From: Desulfobaccales bacterium
Lineage (GTDB): Bacteria > Desulfobacterota > Desulfobaccia > Desulfobaccales > 0-14-0-80-60-11
DNA length: 48,836 nucleotides
Assembly: GCA_041740935.1 (NCBI GenBank)
Contig: JBGSLA010000019.1
Location: forward strand, 1-48,836
Direction of reading: 5' to 3'
Numbering within the stretch: position 1 is the first letter of the stretch; each line of letters opens with the position of its first letter. The position numbers and the translations under genes were made by a program. The notes below the pieces were generated by a model. That model did no database searches, was not told where the DNA came from, and saw only the letters and a program-made list of their open reading frames with translations. Positions 39,226 through 47,961 of this stretch are shown here, one piece after another.

Positions 39226-39374
39226 TACTGAATATATAACAACGCAAATTTGCTAAATCGGCGGTCTTGAGTCAACATTTTTGAAATTTCATTGTACTTA
39301 GCGCCTTACCCTGCACCGGCAACCTGTTGTTTAACCCCCGTGGTCCCAAAAACGGTGCCTAATGTGGACTTTTG

Positions 39375-39406
39375 ATAAAAGGGTCGGCCACTACCCCGGC
39401 CGACCC
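39375..39406 (-). terminator. Rho-independent terminator after the 39443..39904 gene
   Basis: The minus strand reads GGGTCGGCC-GGGGTAGT-GGCCGACCC followed by TTTTATCAAAAG. Confidence 0.7.
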
Positions 39407-39442
39407 TGATGCCGCGCCTATTTCATTAAGTTGTTAGACCGA

Positions 39443-39904
39443 TTATCGTTGACCCTGGCCGGCCCAGGCCGGCGCCCCGTTGGTGTCCCGCAGCTTTAGG
39501 TCTTGGCCGCCTTTCTTCACTGCCGCGGCAATGATGGTAGGTTTACCCTCATAGGTAATCCGGGAGCCGGTAACCTCTACCTTATCGCCGGAGGCGATGG
39601 TCACGGCTTGTTTTTCCACATACCAGCTGGGGCCTAAATGGACCGGGATGGTCTCTTTGTCGGTCTTGAGGGTGAAATGCACCCCGTAAGACATTTTCTT
39701 TTCGGGGGTGAATTTCTCCAGGCTTACTACTGCGCCGCTCAGGGTTTCCACGGTTTTCGGATTGTACATCCGGCTGTAGGGATCGCCGGCGCCCCAGCCG
39801 GCGCCCTGTCCGCCTCCCGGCCCCATGCCGGGCTGGGCCCAGATACCGTTTGCCAGGATCAGGCCGAGAAGGCCTACCAAAGCCACCATGACGAGTTTTT
39901 TCAT
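39443..39904 (-). CDS. Secreted protein of unknown function (Gly-rich N-region, beta-rich OB-like C-domain)
   Basis: 153 aa. Signal peptide MKKLVMVALVGLLGLILANGIWA, then GMGPGGGQGAGWGAG, then VHLGPSWYVEKQAVTIASGDKVEVTGS. It has its own terminator. Confidence 0.7.
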   Translation of the reverse strand: MKKLVMVALVGLLGLILANGIWAQPGMGPGGGQGAGWGAGDPYSRMYNPKTVETLSGAVVSLEKFTPEKKMSYGVHFTLKTDKETIPVHLGPSWYVEKQAVTIASGDKVEVTGSRITYEGKPTIIAAAVKKGGQDLKLRDTNGAPAWAGQGQR

Positions 39905-40056
39905 GTTAGTTCCTCCATTGGTTGGGTTAATGAAAGGATGCTGCCGATCTGCCCAAACCCCTTAGGCCCCCTCCCAGCCCCGGCGGTGGGGCTGGGAGAG
40001 GCAGGGGGAGGGGGTTGAGGAAAGCCATACGGGGGGCTTAAACCCCCTCTGCAAGG

Positions 40057-40506
40057 TTACCAGCCGCGGCGTCCGCCCATGGCCAGGCCCCGGCCCTTGC
40101 CGCAGCCGGCGCCGCGCCCCAGGCCCATGCCGGCTTGGGGGCAGAGCTTTTGGACCTGAGACTGCAACGCGGTGCGCTTGCCCTGGAGCTGATCTCTCAA
40201 GGCGTTGACTTCTTGCTGTTTGGCCTGAAGCTGATTTTGATCAGGGGTCCCGGACCGCCACAAGGCCGCTAACTCGGTCCTCTTGACCATCATCTGTTTG
40301 CGCAGCTCGGCGGTGTCGTTGGCAAACTTCTGTTTGAGATCAAAGACCTGGCCGGCCTGCTCCGGGGTGAGATTAGCGCCGGCGCCCCGGTTGCCGCCCC
40401 GGCCCATGGGTCCGGCCCAGGCTGAATCGGCCGTCAGCAGTCCGAGCCCCACGATGGCCAGCAGCGCCAGGAGCAAACCGTTTCTGAGAATTACCTTGCC
40501 AATCAT
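40057..40506 (-). CDS. Periplasmic Spy/CpxP/ZraP-family protein
   Basis: ATG 40506 lies 7 nt after GGAGG. Signal peptide ...ADSAWA. LTPEQAGQVFDLKQKF...TELAALW...QLQAKQQEVNALRDQL helical repeats. Gly/Arg-rich tail. Confidence 0.7.
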   Translation of the reverse strand: MIGKVILRNGLLLALLAIVGLGLLTADSAWAGPMGRGGNRGAGANLTPEQAGQVFDLKQKFANDTAELRKQMMVKRTELAALWRSGTPDQNQLQAKQQEVNALRDQLQGKRTALQSQVQKLCPQAGMGLGRGAGCGKGRGLAMGGRRGW

Positions 40507-40535
40507 GTCTGAATCCTCCATTTCATTTTATATTA

Positions 40536-40549
40536 CCGTTTATCCGGTT
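40536..40549. promoter_or_regulatory. Operator-like box CCGTTTATCCGGTT in the Spy-like gene promoter spacer
   Basis: The minus strand reads TTGAAA-CCGGATAAACGGTAATA-TAAAAT. The 14-mer is identical to the one in the arsR-1 promoter. Confidence 0.55.
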
Positions 40550-40602
40550 TCAAGAATATAAACCCCAGATAATTCCAAATCCGGCGCAAGATATTGCTTC
40601 GC

Positions 40603-41187
40603 TCAAATCTTTTTTAAAGAAGCGGCATACCCACAGAGGCCGTTTTCAAAGGCTTCCCGCCCCCACTTATAGCGCCGATAATGGGGCTGGAAGTCCAGTT
40701 CGTAGGATTCTCCTTCTTGCAAAGTCACATCCACTTCCTTAAAGTATTGATCTCCCGGAAGGCCCAGGAAAATCTTGTGACGACCGGCCTTAAGCCGGAA
40801 ATTCCGGTCAAGGACATATTGCATACCCACGCCTTTTTCAGATGAGGTGCGGCCCTGGTCATAAACGGCCGGGCCATCTTCCCGCCTGCCTTGAACCTCA
40901 TAGGTTGTGGCTTGCCCGTCAATATTGACCACAAAGGTGTAGGTGGGTTGGCCGTGCGGCGAACTTTTGGCCTCCACCAGGTAATAGCCCGGGAGATGGG
41001 TTTTGAGGGAGGATTTCACCACCAGATCAGCGTACCCGGCGGGCGGCTGGCTTGTGCCCTTGACCTCCTGGAAGATATGGCTCGCCTGGCTCTGGGATTT
41101 ACTCCTGATCATCTCCATATTGGCCCCGCAACCGGCCAGGAGTATGGCTGGTAACAAACCTGACAGCAGTCTGAAGATGGTTTTCAT
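40603..41187 (-). CDS. Lipoprotein of unknown function
   Basis: ATG 41187 follows AGGAGG. MKTIFRLLSGLLPAILLAGC contains a lipobox. Beta-rich, with no family recognised. Confidence 0.7.
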   Translation of the reverse strand: MKTIFRLLSGLLPAILLAGCGANMEMIRSKSQSQASHIFQEVKGTSQPPAGYADLVVKSSLKTHLPGYYLVEAKSSPHGQPTYTFVVNIDGQATTYEVQGRREDGPAVYDQGRTSSEKGVGMQYVLDRNFRLKAGRHKIFLGLPGDQYFKEVDVTLQEGESYELDFQPHYRRYKWGREAFENGLCGYAASLKKI

Positions 41188-41253
41188 GTCGGCCTCCTTT
41201 CCTTTAAAAGGGAAAATCTCCACGGGAGAAAAAATGTGAAAATATTTTTGTAT

Positions 41254-41267
41254 GCGGTTATCCGGTT
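41254..41267. promoter_or_regulatory. Operator-like box GCGGTTATCCGGTT upstream of the lipoprotein gene
   Basis: Lies in the divergent 41188-41370 intergenic region, followed by AATATAAAC as at 40553-40561. Confidence 0.5.
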
Positions 41268-41335
41268 TTACTAATATAAACACCGCGACCCCCTGACTAC
41301 GGCGCGAGTCCGGTAATTTTTCCGAAAAAACCATC

Positions 41336-41364
41336 TTGACAATATCCGTTTATCCGGTTATAAA
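41336..41364 (+). promoter_or_regulatory. arsR-1 promoter TTGACA-17 nt-TATAAA with operator box CCGTTTATCCGGTT (41346-41359) in the spacer
   Basis: The -10 ends 7 nt before ATG 41371 and there is no Shine-Dalgarno sequence, so the transcript is predicted to be leaderless. Confidence 0.55.
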
Positions 41365-41370
41365 ATATCC

Positions 41371-41760
41371 ATGAAAAACGAAGCCCGACTCTTTAAGTCA
41401 CTGGGGGACGAGACCCGCCTGAGGATCCTCTGGCTCCTGATGCAAAAAGAGGAGTTATGCGTCTGCGATATCATGGGGGTCCTGGGGATCACCCAATCCA
41501 AGGCCTCCCGCCACCTGCGCTATCTCTTCCACCTGGGCTGGGTCACGGACCGACGGGACGGCTTGTGGATGAATTACCGCATCTCGGTGGCCCCGGGGAG
41601 CCAGCAGGATCGGCAACTGCGGTTGCTGGGCGAGTTTTTCCAGGACCACCCCGAAGCCCGATCCCTCAAAGAAAAGTTGGAAAAATGGATGGCGGCCAAG
41701 GAGTTGTCCGGTCAGAAGGCGGGGGGCACAGACGGAGAAATCCGCTGTTCTTGCAACTGA
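41371..41760 (+). CDS. arsR: ArsR/SmtB-family metalloregulator (ELCVCD type)
   Basis: 129 aa. LFKSLGDETRLRILWLLMQKEELCVCDIMGVLGITQSKASRHLRYL, plus an extra C-terminal CSC. Confidence 0.9.
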   Translation: MKNEARLFKSLGDETRLRILWLLMQKEELCVCDIMGVLGITQSKASRHLRYLFHLGWVTDRRDGLWMNYRISVAPGSQQDRQLRLLGEFFQDHPEARSLKEKLEKWMAAKELSGQKAGGTDGEIRCSCN

Positions 41761-41817
41761 CCGAAGCGCGGTTACTCCTGAGCCTCTGAGCACCCGTACG
41801 TCAGGGAAATTTATTGC

Positions 41818-41846
41818 TTGACTTTATTTGTTTAAACGATTATTAG
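41818..41846 (+). promoter_or_regulatory. arsR-2 promoter candidate TTGACT-17 nt-TATTAG
   Basis: The -10 ends about 7 nt before ATG 41854 and there is no SD, so this transcript is also predicted to be leaderless. Confidence 0.4.
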
Positions 41847-41853
41847 AATATCT

Positions 41854-42240
41854 ATGAGGCACGAGGCCAGAGTCTTTCGCTCCCTGGCGGATGAAACCCG
41901 CCTGAGCATGTTGTGTCTGCTGATGCAGCACGAAGAACTCTGCGTCTGCGATTTCATGGAGGTTTTGGAGATCACCCAGTCCAAGGCCTCCCGCCACCTG
42001 CGCTATTTGTATAACGCCGGCTGGGTTCATGACCGGCGGGAGGGCCTCAAGATGAAATATCGGTTGGGCGTCCCCCCCGGCCTTATGGGAGAAAAGCCCC
42101 TCCACCTGCTGTCGGAGATCATGACCTCTCACCCGGAAGCCCAGGCTTTAAGAGGTAAGCTCACCCGCTGGTTGGAGAACAAACCCCCAAGCAAGGGCCA
42201 GAAACAAGAGGTCAGGCCGGCAATGCGGGCCGGGGCCTGA
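41854..42240 (+). CDS. arsR: ArsR/SmtB-family metalloregulator, tandem paralog
   Basis: 128 aa. VFRSLADETRLSMLCLLMQHEELCVCDFMEVLEITQSKASRHLRYL. Confidence 0.9.
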   Translation: MRHEARVFRSLADETRLSMLCLLMQHEELCVCDFMEVLEITQSKASRHLRYLYNAGWVHDRREGLKMKYRLGVPPGLMGEKPLHLLSEIMTSHPEAQALRGKLTRWLENKPPSKGQKQEVRPAMRAGA

Positions 42241-42318
42241 TATATTTTTTACAAAGGTTTAATTGTTAAAACGAATATACGAATAATTATAAGAATATAT
42301 TTCAATTAGGGAATCACT

Positions 42319-43440
42319 ATGGCCACCGTTGCCAGGCGTTTGGGGTTCATCGAACGGTTTCTTACCCTGTGGATTTTTTTGACCATGGCGGGAGGGGTGG
42401 CCCTGGGGTATTTCTGGCCTGCCTTCACCCAGGTGTTGACCTCCTTTCAGGTGGGCACCACCAATATTCCCATCGCCATCGGCCTGATCCTGATGATGTA
42501 TCCGCCCCTGGCCAAGGTGCGCTATGAGGAGCTGCCCCGGGTTTTCAGGAATTTTAAGGTCCTGGGCCTGTCCCTGATCCAAAACTGGGTCATCGGCCCC
42601 ATCCTCATGTTCCTGCTGGCCATCATTTTTCTCCGGGGCTATCCGGAATACATGGTGGGGCTGATCATCATCGGCCTGGCCCGCTGCATCGCCATGGTCA
42701 TCGTCTGGAACGACCTGGCACAGGGCGACACGGAATACTGCGCGGGGCTCGTGGCCTTCAACTCCATCTTCCAGATGCTGTTTTTTTCCATTTACGCCTA
42801 TATTTTCGTCACCATCCTGCCCGCCTGGCTGGGCATCGCCGAAGGGCTGAGCGTCCAGGTGACCATCTGGCAGGTGGCCGAAAGTGTGCTCATTTATCTG
42901 GGAATCCCCTTTTTCGCCGGCATGTTCACCCGCTTTTTCCTGGTCAAACGCCGGGGGGTTCAGTGGTATGAAACCAAATTCATGCCCAAAATCAGCCCCA
43001 TCACCCTGATTGCGCTCTTGTTCACCATTGTGGTGATGTTCTCCCTCAAGGGGGAGTACATCGTGGAGCTGCCCCTGGACGTGGTGCGGATTGCCGTGCC
43101 CCTCGTGATTTATTTTTTGTTGATGTTTTTCATCACCTTTTACATGTCGGCCAAGGCGGGCGCGGGCTACCGCATCTCCACCACCCTGTCCTTCACCGCG
43201 GCCAGCAACAATTTCGAGCTGGCCATCGCCGTGGCCGTGGCCGTGTTCGGCCTCCAGTCGGGCGAGGCCTTCGCCGCGGTCATCGGCCCCCTGGTGGAAG
43301 TGCCGGTGCTCATCGGTTTGGTCAACGTGGCCCTGCGCTTCCAACAAAAATATTTCCCGCCCACGGTCTGCGCCCCTTGCAGCCTGGGGGGTGAGGTGGA
43401 ATTCCGGCCGGAGCCGACCTCGACTCCTGAACAAAACTGA
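42319..43440 (+). CDS. acr3: ACR3-family arsenite efflux transporter
   Basis: 373 aa. [27 protein letters not shown] and the 10-TM BART-superfamily layout. Confidence 0.9.
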   Translation: MATVARRLGFIERFLTLWIFLTMAGGVALGYFWPAFTQVLTSFQVGTTNIPIAIGLILMMYPPLAKVRYEELPRVFRNFKVLGLSLIQNWVIGPILMFLLAIIFLRGYPEYMVGLIIIGLARCIAMVIVWNDLAQGDTEYCAGLVAFNSIFQMLFFSIYAYIFVTILPAWLGIAEGLSVQVTIWQVAESVLIYLGIPFFAGMFTRFFLVKRRGVQWYETKFMPKISPITLIALLFTIVVMFSLKGEYIVELPLDVVRIAVPLVIYFLLMFFITFYMSAKAGAGYRISTTLSFTAASNNFELAIAVAVAVFGLQSGEAFAAVIGPLVEVPVLIGLVNVALRFQQKYFPPTVCAPCSLGGEVEFRPEPTSTPEQN

Positions 43441-43473
43441 CCGCCGCCGGCCGTCCGCAGAAGGAAAAGTTTT

Positions 43474-44349
43474 ATGTTCAAAAAAATGGTGCTGGCCACC
43501 GACCTCTCCCCCGACTGGGACGAAATTATCGCCTGCGCCGGGGAGTTCAAGGTCCTGGGAGTCAACGAGATAATCCTGACCCACGTCATCACCGTCAAAT
43601 TTTTGGCGGGGGTCGAGGAAAAACTCCGGATGGAAGCCGAGCCCCATGTCCGGGCGCAGGCGGAGAGCCTGGCGGCCCAGGGGTTTCAGGTGTACACCGA
43701 GATCCTGGAGGGCATGCCGGGGTATGCCATCAACGACGCGGCCCGGCGCCATTGCGCCGACCTCATGGTGGTGGGGCCCCAGAAGGCCTCCCGCTGGCAG
43801 GAGCGCATCCTGGGTTCGGTGGCCGGGGCAGTGCTGCAGCGGGCCGAACTGCCGGTGCTGTTTTTGAAAACCGGCATTAAGGAAGGGCTGGCCCAGGGCG
43901 CCTGCCGTCTCCAGGCCACCGAGTTGCTGCGCCAGGTCCTGTTTCCCACGGATTTTTCCCCCATCGCCGAGGGGGCCTGCACCTATGTGGAAAGCCTGGG
44001 TCCCCTGGGGGCCTCCCAGGTGACGCTGCTGCACGCCCTGGACGTGCCCGGGGGCGAGGCCTATCCGCCGGTCTTCCAGGAAATGGCGGTGGCCCAGGCC
44101 CAGGCTTCCCTGGCGGCCTGGCGGCAGCGGCTCCTCACCGCCGGCCTTCCCCAGGTCCAGGCGATTTTTGACCCGGGGCACCCCCTGCCGGCTATTTTAA
44201 AGGTCTTGCAATCCCAGGACATCACCCTCATCGTCATGGGTGCCCAGGGCAAGGGCTTCATCAAGGAGCTTTTCCTGGGGAGCGTGGCCCACAATGTTGC
44301 CCGCCTGGCGCTGTGTCCGGTGCTCTTGATCCCTCCGAGCTCTCGATAA
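43474..44349 (+). CDS. Tandem-domain universal stress protein
   Basis: 291 aa. Two USP halves, each ending in a G..GS(V)A..V....CPVL(F)L-type block. Confidence 0.8.
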   Translation: MFKKMVLATDLSPDWDEIIACAGEFKVLGVNEIILTHVITVKFLAGVEEKLRMEAEPHVRAQAESLAAQGFQVYTEILEGMPGYAINDAARRHCADLMVVGPQKASRWQERILGSVAGAVLQRAELPVLFLKTGIKEGLAQGACRLQATELLRQVLFPTDFSPIAEGACTYVESLGPLGASQVTLLHALDVPGGEAYPPVFQEMAVAQAQASLAAWRQRLLTAGLPQVQAIFDPGHPLPAILKVLQSQDITLIVMGAQGKGFIKELFLGSVAHNVARLALCPVLLIPPSSR

Positions 44350-44460
44350 GGCACGCCCGGTGCGGTGAAGAATAAAAAGGCGGCGACGGTGCGCCGGCGA
44401 ATCCCCCCTGAAATGGGGTTTTATAAAGAGAAAAATCAAACAGGTTGAAAGGAAGAACGC

Positions 44461-44847
44461 ATGCACATAAAACCAGGAACGATCATCGGGATGCTGGGGC
44501 TGCTGCTGGGAATTATCCTGCTCATTCAGCCGCTGGGCGCCGAGACCAAAAGCCCGTCCTCCCCCGCGGGCCGCCCGGCCGTGTATGAATTCGGGGCCAA
44601 GTACTGCGCCCCCTGTATCGAAATGCAAAAGGTTATGGCGGAATTGCAGGCCAGCCACGGCAGCCAGGTGGAATTTCGCATGGTTTACAGCGATGAACAC
44701 AAGGACCTCTTTCCCCAACACCAGATCATGCTGATCCCCACCCAGGTGTTTTTCGACGCCTCCGGCAAAGAGGTGGACCGGCATATCGGCGCGCTGAGCA
44801 AAGAAGAATTGCTCAAAAAACTTAAGGAATTAAAGCTCATCAACTAA
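44461..44847 (+). CDS. Exported/anchored thioredoxin-fold protein (CAPC active site)
   Basis: 128 aa. N-terminal hydrophobic segment. VYEFGAKYCAPCIEMQKV and the cis-Pro block MLIPTQVFFDASGKEV. Confidence 0.8.
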   Translation: MHIKPGTIIGMLGLLLGIILLIQPLGAETKSPSSPAGRPAVYEFGAKYCAPCIEMQKVMAELQASHGSQVEFRMVYSDEHKDLFPQHQIMLIPTQVFFDASGKEVDRHIGALSKEELLKKLKELKLIN

Positions 44848-44859
44848 GGGGAGGAAAGA

Positions 44860-45555
44860 ATGGGCTTAAGTGAAACGCTGGGTCAGGTCATGCAAAGCCG
44901 GCCCATTTTGGCCTACGGGGCCTCGTATCTGGGGGGGGTGATCGCCACCGCCAGCCCCTGTATTTTGGCCAGCATTCCCCTGGTTATCGGCTACGTGGGG
45001 GGCTATGCCGGGGACAGCCGGAAGCAGGCCTTTGTCTATTCCCTCACCTTTGTGGTGGGTCTGGCCCTGGTGATGAGTGCGCTGGGGGCCGTGGCCGCGC
45101 TCATGGGCACCATGTTCGGGGACGTGGGCGCCTACTGGTATATCATCGTGGCGGTAATCCTCATGGTCATGGGGCTGCAGTTGGCCGGGCTTATCAAGCT
45201 CAACCTGGGGGGCAATACCCAAAAATTTTTGCCCAAGCAGACGGGCCTGTTGGGGGCCCTGATCCTGGGCATGCTCTTCGGGTTGGTGCTCTCCCCCTGC
45301 GCCAGCCCGGTGTTGGCGGTGATCCTCACCCTGGCTGCGGTGCAGGGCCATGTGGTGTACGGCAGCACCCTGCTGTTCGCCTACGCCCTGGGCCAGGGCA
45401 CCCTTATTTTGCTGGCCGGCACCTTCACCGGCTTGATCAACAATTTCCTGCAATCCAGGGGGGCCAGGACCGGCGCGGTGCTGCAGCAGGTGGCGGGCTG
45501 CCTGCTCTTCTTCGCCGGGGCCTATATCTTTTTCCAGGGGGTCCGGAGCTGGTGA
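44860..45555 (+). CDS. ccdA: CcdA/DsbD-family transmembrane thiol-disulfide electron transporter
   Basis: 231 aa with 6 TM segments. The conserved Cys-containing helices ATASPCILASIPLVIGY and LVLSPCASPVLAVIL are present. Confidence 0.85.
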   Translation: MGLSETLGQVMQSRPILAYGASYLGGVIATASPCILASIPLVIGYVGGYAGDSRKQAFVYSLTFVVGLALVMSALGAVAALMGTMFGDVGAYWYIIVAVILMVMGLQLAGLIKLNLGGNTQKFLPKQTGLLGALILGMLFGLVLSPCASPVLAVILTLAAVQGHVVYGSTLLFAYALGQGTLILLAGTFTGLINNFLQSRGARTGAVLQQVAGCLLFFAGAYIFFQGVRSW

Positions 45556-45589
45556 GCTCTCGCGCCAAGACCCCAAGGCGCAACAGGGC

Positions 45590-45950
45590 CAAGTCCCTGT
45601 TTTGAAAAGTTGGTATGGTGTAGGGGCAGGCGCCCTCGCCTGCCCTCACTGGACAGCCGGGGGCGGCTGTCCCTGCACCAGAAAAGGCTTTTCATTATTT
45701 GCGGTCGGGCCGCAGGCTCATGAGGAACTGTTAGGAAAAGTTCCTTCAGGCAGCCATATTGGGGTAGGGCGGCCGTCCCTGGCCGCATAGTGCTCCGGCG
45801 GGCACGGAGGCCCGCCCCACCGATTTTTAATGGTTTTGATCGACCCAAGGGCTCATGAGAAACTGTCCTGAAAAATTTCCCGTAGGGCGCGTCTTAGGCG
45901 CCGAAAAATGGTGCGTGAGACGCACCCTACAGAGCTGTAAGGGAGGAAGA
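45590..45950 (+). repeat. Mosaic hairpin repeat array (copy C)
   Basis: 45617-45742 matches 547-672 and 30097-30221. 45743-45878 matches 673-809. A long hairpin GTAGGGCGCGTCT...AGACGCACCCTAC lies at about 45882-45940. Confidence 0.85.
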
Positions 45951-45954
45951 TAGG

Positions 45955-46341
45955 GTGAGAGGCAGAAAACCCTTGATGGTCGGGCTCCTTTTGGGAATCT
46001 GGCTCCTGGCCTGGGGAGGACCGGAGCTGGCCGCGGCGCCCACCAGTCTCAACCAGGTGGTTTACATCACCGTGAGCAAGGCCTGCGGCTGCATCCTGGA
46101 TCGCTGCCAGGTCGGAGACTGGATAATGGACAAGGTGTTCGTGGGGGAAAGACAGGCGTTGCTCAAGCGCCTGGACTATTCCACCAACAAAGACGCGGCC
46201 CGGGAATACATCAAAAAATATAAACTCAGCCTTCCCCCGTCGCTCCTGTTTCTGGACGCCCAGGGAAATCTGATCTGGCGGGCCGACGGCGAGTTTGATT
46301 ATGACCTGGTGGTGGCCAAACTGAAGGAGTTTGGGGCCTGA
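45955..46341 (+). CDS. Secreted thioredoxin-fold-like protein with CGC...C motif in place of CxxC
   Basis: GTG start follows GGGAGGAAG. Signal peptide ...ELAAAP. VYITVSKACGCILDRC and LPPSLLFLDAQGNLIWR parallel the motifs of the 44461 protein. Confidence 0.6.
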   Translation: MRGRKPLMVGLLLGIWLLAWGGPELAAAPTSLNQVVYITVSKACGCILDRCQVGDWIMDKVFVGERQALLKRLDYSTNKDAAREYIKKYKLSLPPSLLFLDAQGNLIWRADGEFDYDLVVAKLKEFGA

Positions 46342-46380
46342 GGCTACCCTTGATTTGGTGGAAAAAGGAGTTTGCCGTTA

Positions 46381-47784
46381 ATGGATAACAACCCTGGAAA
46401 AGTCCTGGCGGGGGAGGCGCCCCCGCCGGAATCATACTGGATCACCGCCTGGAAGAACGGCCGGGACTGGCTGGTGGGCCGGGAAGGGAAGATCTTTCTC
46501 CTGTTTGCGGGGATTTTCCTGTTCGCCTACTACCTGCCCCTGGGCAGCCCCAAGGTGCAGGAGGCCCTCCTGGAGGCCTTCATGATGCTCCAGGCCTACG
46601 CCCGCAACCACACCCTGACCTGCGTGGGGCCGGCCCTGTTCATCGCCGGGGCCATCATCACCTTTTTGTCCCAGGCCTCGGTGATGCGCTATCTGGGGCC
46701 CACGGCCAACAAGTTTGTGGCCTACACCGTGGCCTCGGTGTCCGGCACCGTCCTGGCGGTGTGCTCCTGCTCGGTGCTGCCCATGTTCGCCGGCATCTAC
46801 ACCATGGGCGCCGGGTTGGGCCCGGCTTCGGCCTTTTTGTACAGCGGCCCGGGCATCAACATCCTGGCCATCTTTCTGACGGCTCGGGTTTTGGGGTTTG
46901 AACTGGGGCTGGCCCGGGTCATCGGCGCGGTGGGCTTCGCCTTCCTGGTGGGCCTGGCCATGGCCTTCGTTTTTCGGAAGGAAGAGAAGGCCAAAGTCGC
47001 CGCAGCCATGGCCCTGCCGCCCCCCGAGGCCCCCCGGCGGCCTTTTTGGCAGACCTGTGTGTTTTTCTTCAGCCTGATATTTTTTCTCATCTTCGCCGCC
47101 TGGGTGACCCCCCGGGAGGTCACCATTCACCTGAAAGACGGCCAAAAGGTTCAAGCCGTGGTTCTGGAGGAGCGCTCCGACGACATGATTTTCCAGCTCG
47201 CCCAGGACTGGGACGGCAAAAAGCCCGAGGACCAGGTAATCCTCCCCAAGGAGCGCCTGGAGCGCCTGGAGCGGGAGCAGAGCCTCACCATGTCCATCGC
47301 CCAGGTCAAGTTTTATATCGCCGGGGCCATCCTGCTCTTGATCCTGCTCATGCTCTGGCGCTGGTTCACCCGGCCGGAAATCGACGAGTGGCTGCATAAC
47401 ACCTGGGATTTCACCAAACTGCTGGCGCCGCTCCTCTACGGCGGGGTGCTGGCGGTGGGCTTTGTTTCGGCGCTGATCCCGCCCCAGTACGTGGCCTCCC
47501 TGGTGGGGGACAATAGCCTCGGTTCCAACTTCACCGCCGCCCTCATCGGGGCCTTCTGGTATTTCGCCACCCTGACGGAAATTCCCATCACCCAGGCCTT
47601 GATGAAGATGGGCATGGACCAGGGCCCGGCTTTGGCGCTGCTTTTGGCCGGCCCGGCCCTGTCGCTCCCCAACATGATCGTCATCGGCCGGGTCATGGGC
47701 TGGAAAAGGACCGCGGTGTTCGTCAGCACCATTGTCATCGTCGCTACCTTTGTCGGCCTGGGCTTCGGCTGGCTGGTGGGGTGA
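46381..47784 (+). CDS. YraQ/ArsP-type (DUF318) permease with a central insertion
   Basis: VLAVCSCSVLPMF motif in the first half and LTEIPITQALMKMG in the second. About 120 extra residues lie between the halves. I prefer the ATG at 46381 over the TTG at 46372. Confidence 0.75.
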   Translation: MDNNPGKVLAGEAPPPESYWITAWKNGRDWLVGREGKIFLLFAGIFLFAYYLPLGSPKVQEALLEAFMMLQAYARNHTLTCVGPALFIAGAIITFLSQASVMRYLGPTANKFVAYTVASVSGTVLAVCSCSVLPMFAGIYTMGAGLGPASAFLYSGPGINILAIFLTARVLGFELGLARVIGAVGFAFLVGLAMAFVFRKEEKAKVAAAMALPPPEAPRRPFWQTCVFFFSLIFFLIFAAWVTPREVTIHLKDGQKVQAVVLEERSDDMIFQLAQDWDGKKPEDQVILPKERLERLEREQSLTMSIAQVKFYIAGAILLLILLMLWRWFTRPEIDEWLHNTWDFTKLLAPLLYGGVLAVGFVSALIPPQYVASLVGDNSLGSNFTAALIGAFWYFATLTEIPITQALMKMGMDQGPALALLLAGPALSLPNMIVIGRVMGWKRTAVFVSTIVIVATFVGLGFGWLVG

Positions 47785-47961
47785 TGATTAAGAGTTGCGG
47801 GGAGAGGGCCAGGGAGCGCGGCTCCCTGCCCTTTCCCCACACCCCCCTCCCAACCCTTTACCGGTAGCCCGGGCTACCAATTACTCGGGATGGGGTATGA
47901 ATGGCTGAGGGCCGTAAGCCCTTAGTCCCCTTCCCCGAAACCGAACCACAGGAGAAACCAC

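Noticed and set aside
39330-39360. A possible second sigma54 promoter. The minus strand reads AGGCAC-CGTTT-TTGGG, upstream of the DUF4405 gene.
   Set aside because: The -12 element is TTGG rather than TTGC. A sigma70-like promoter with the shared operator box lies closer to the gene.
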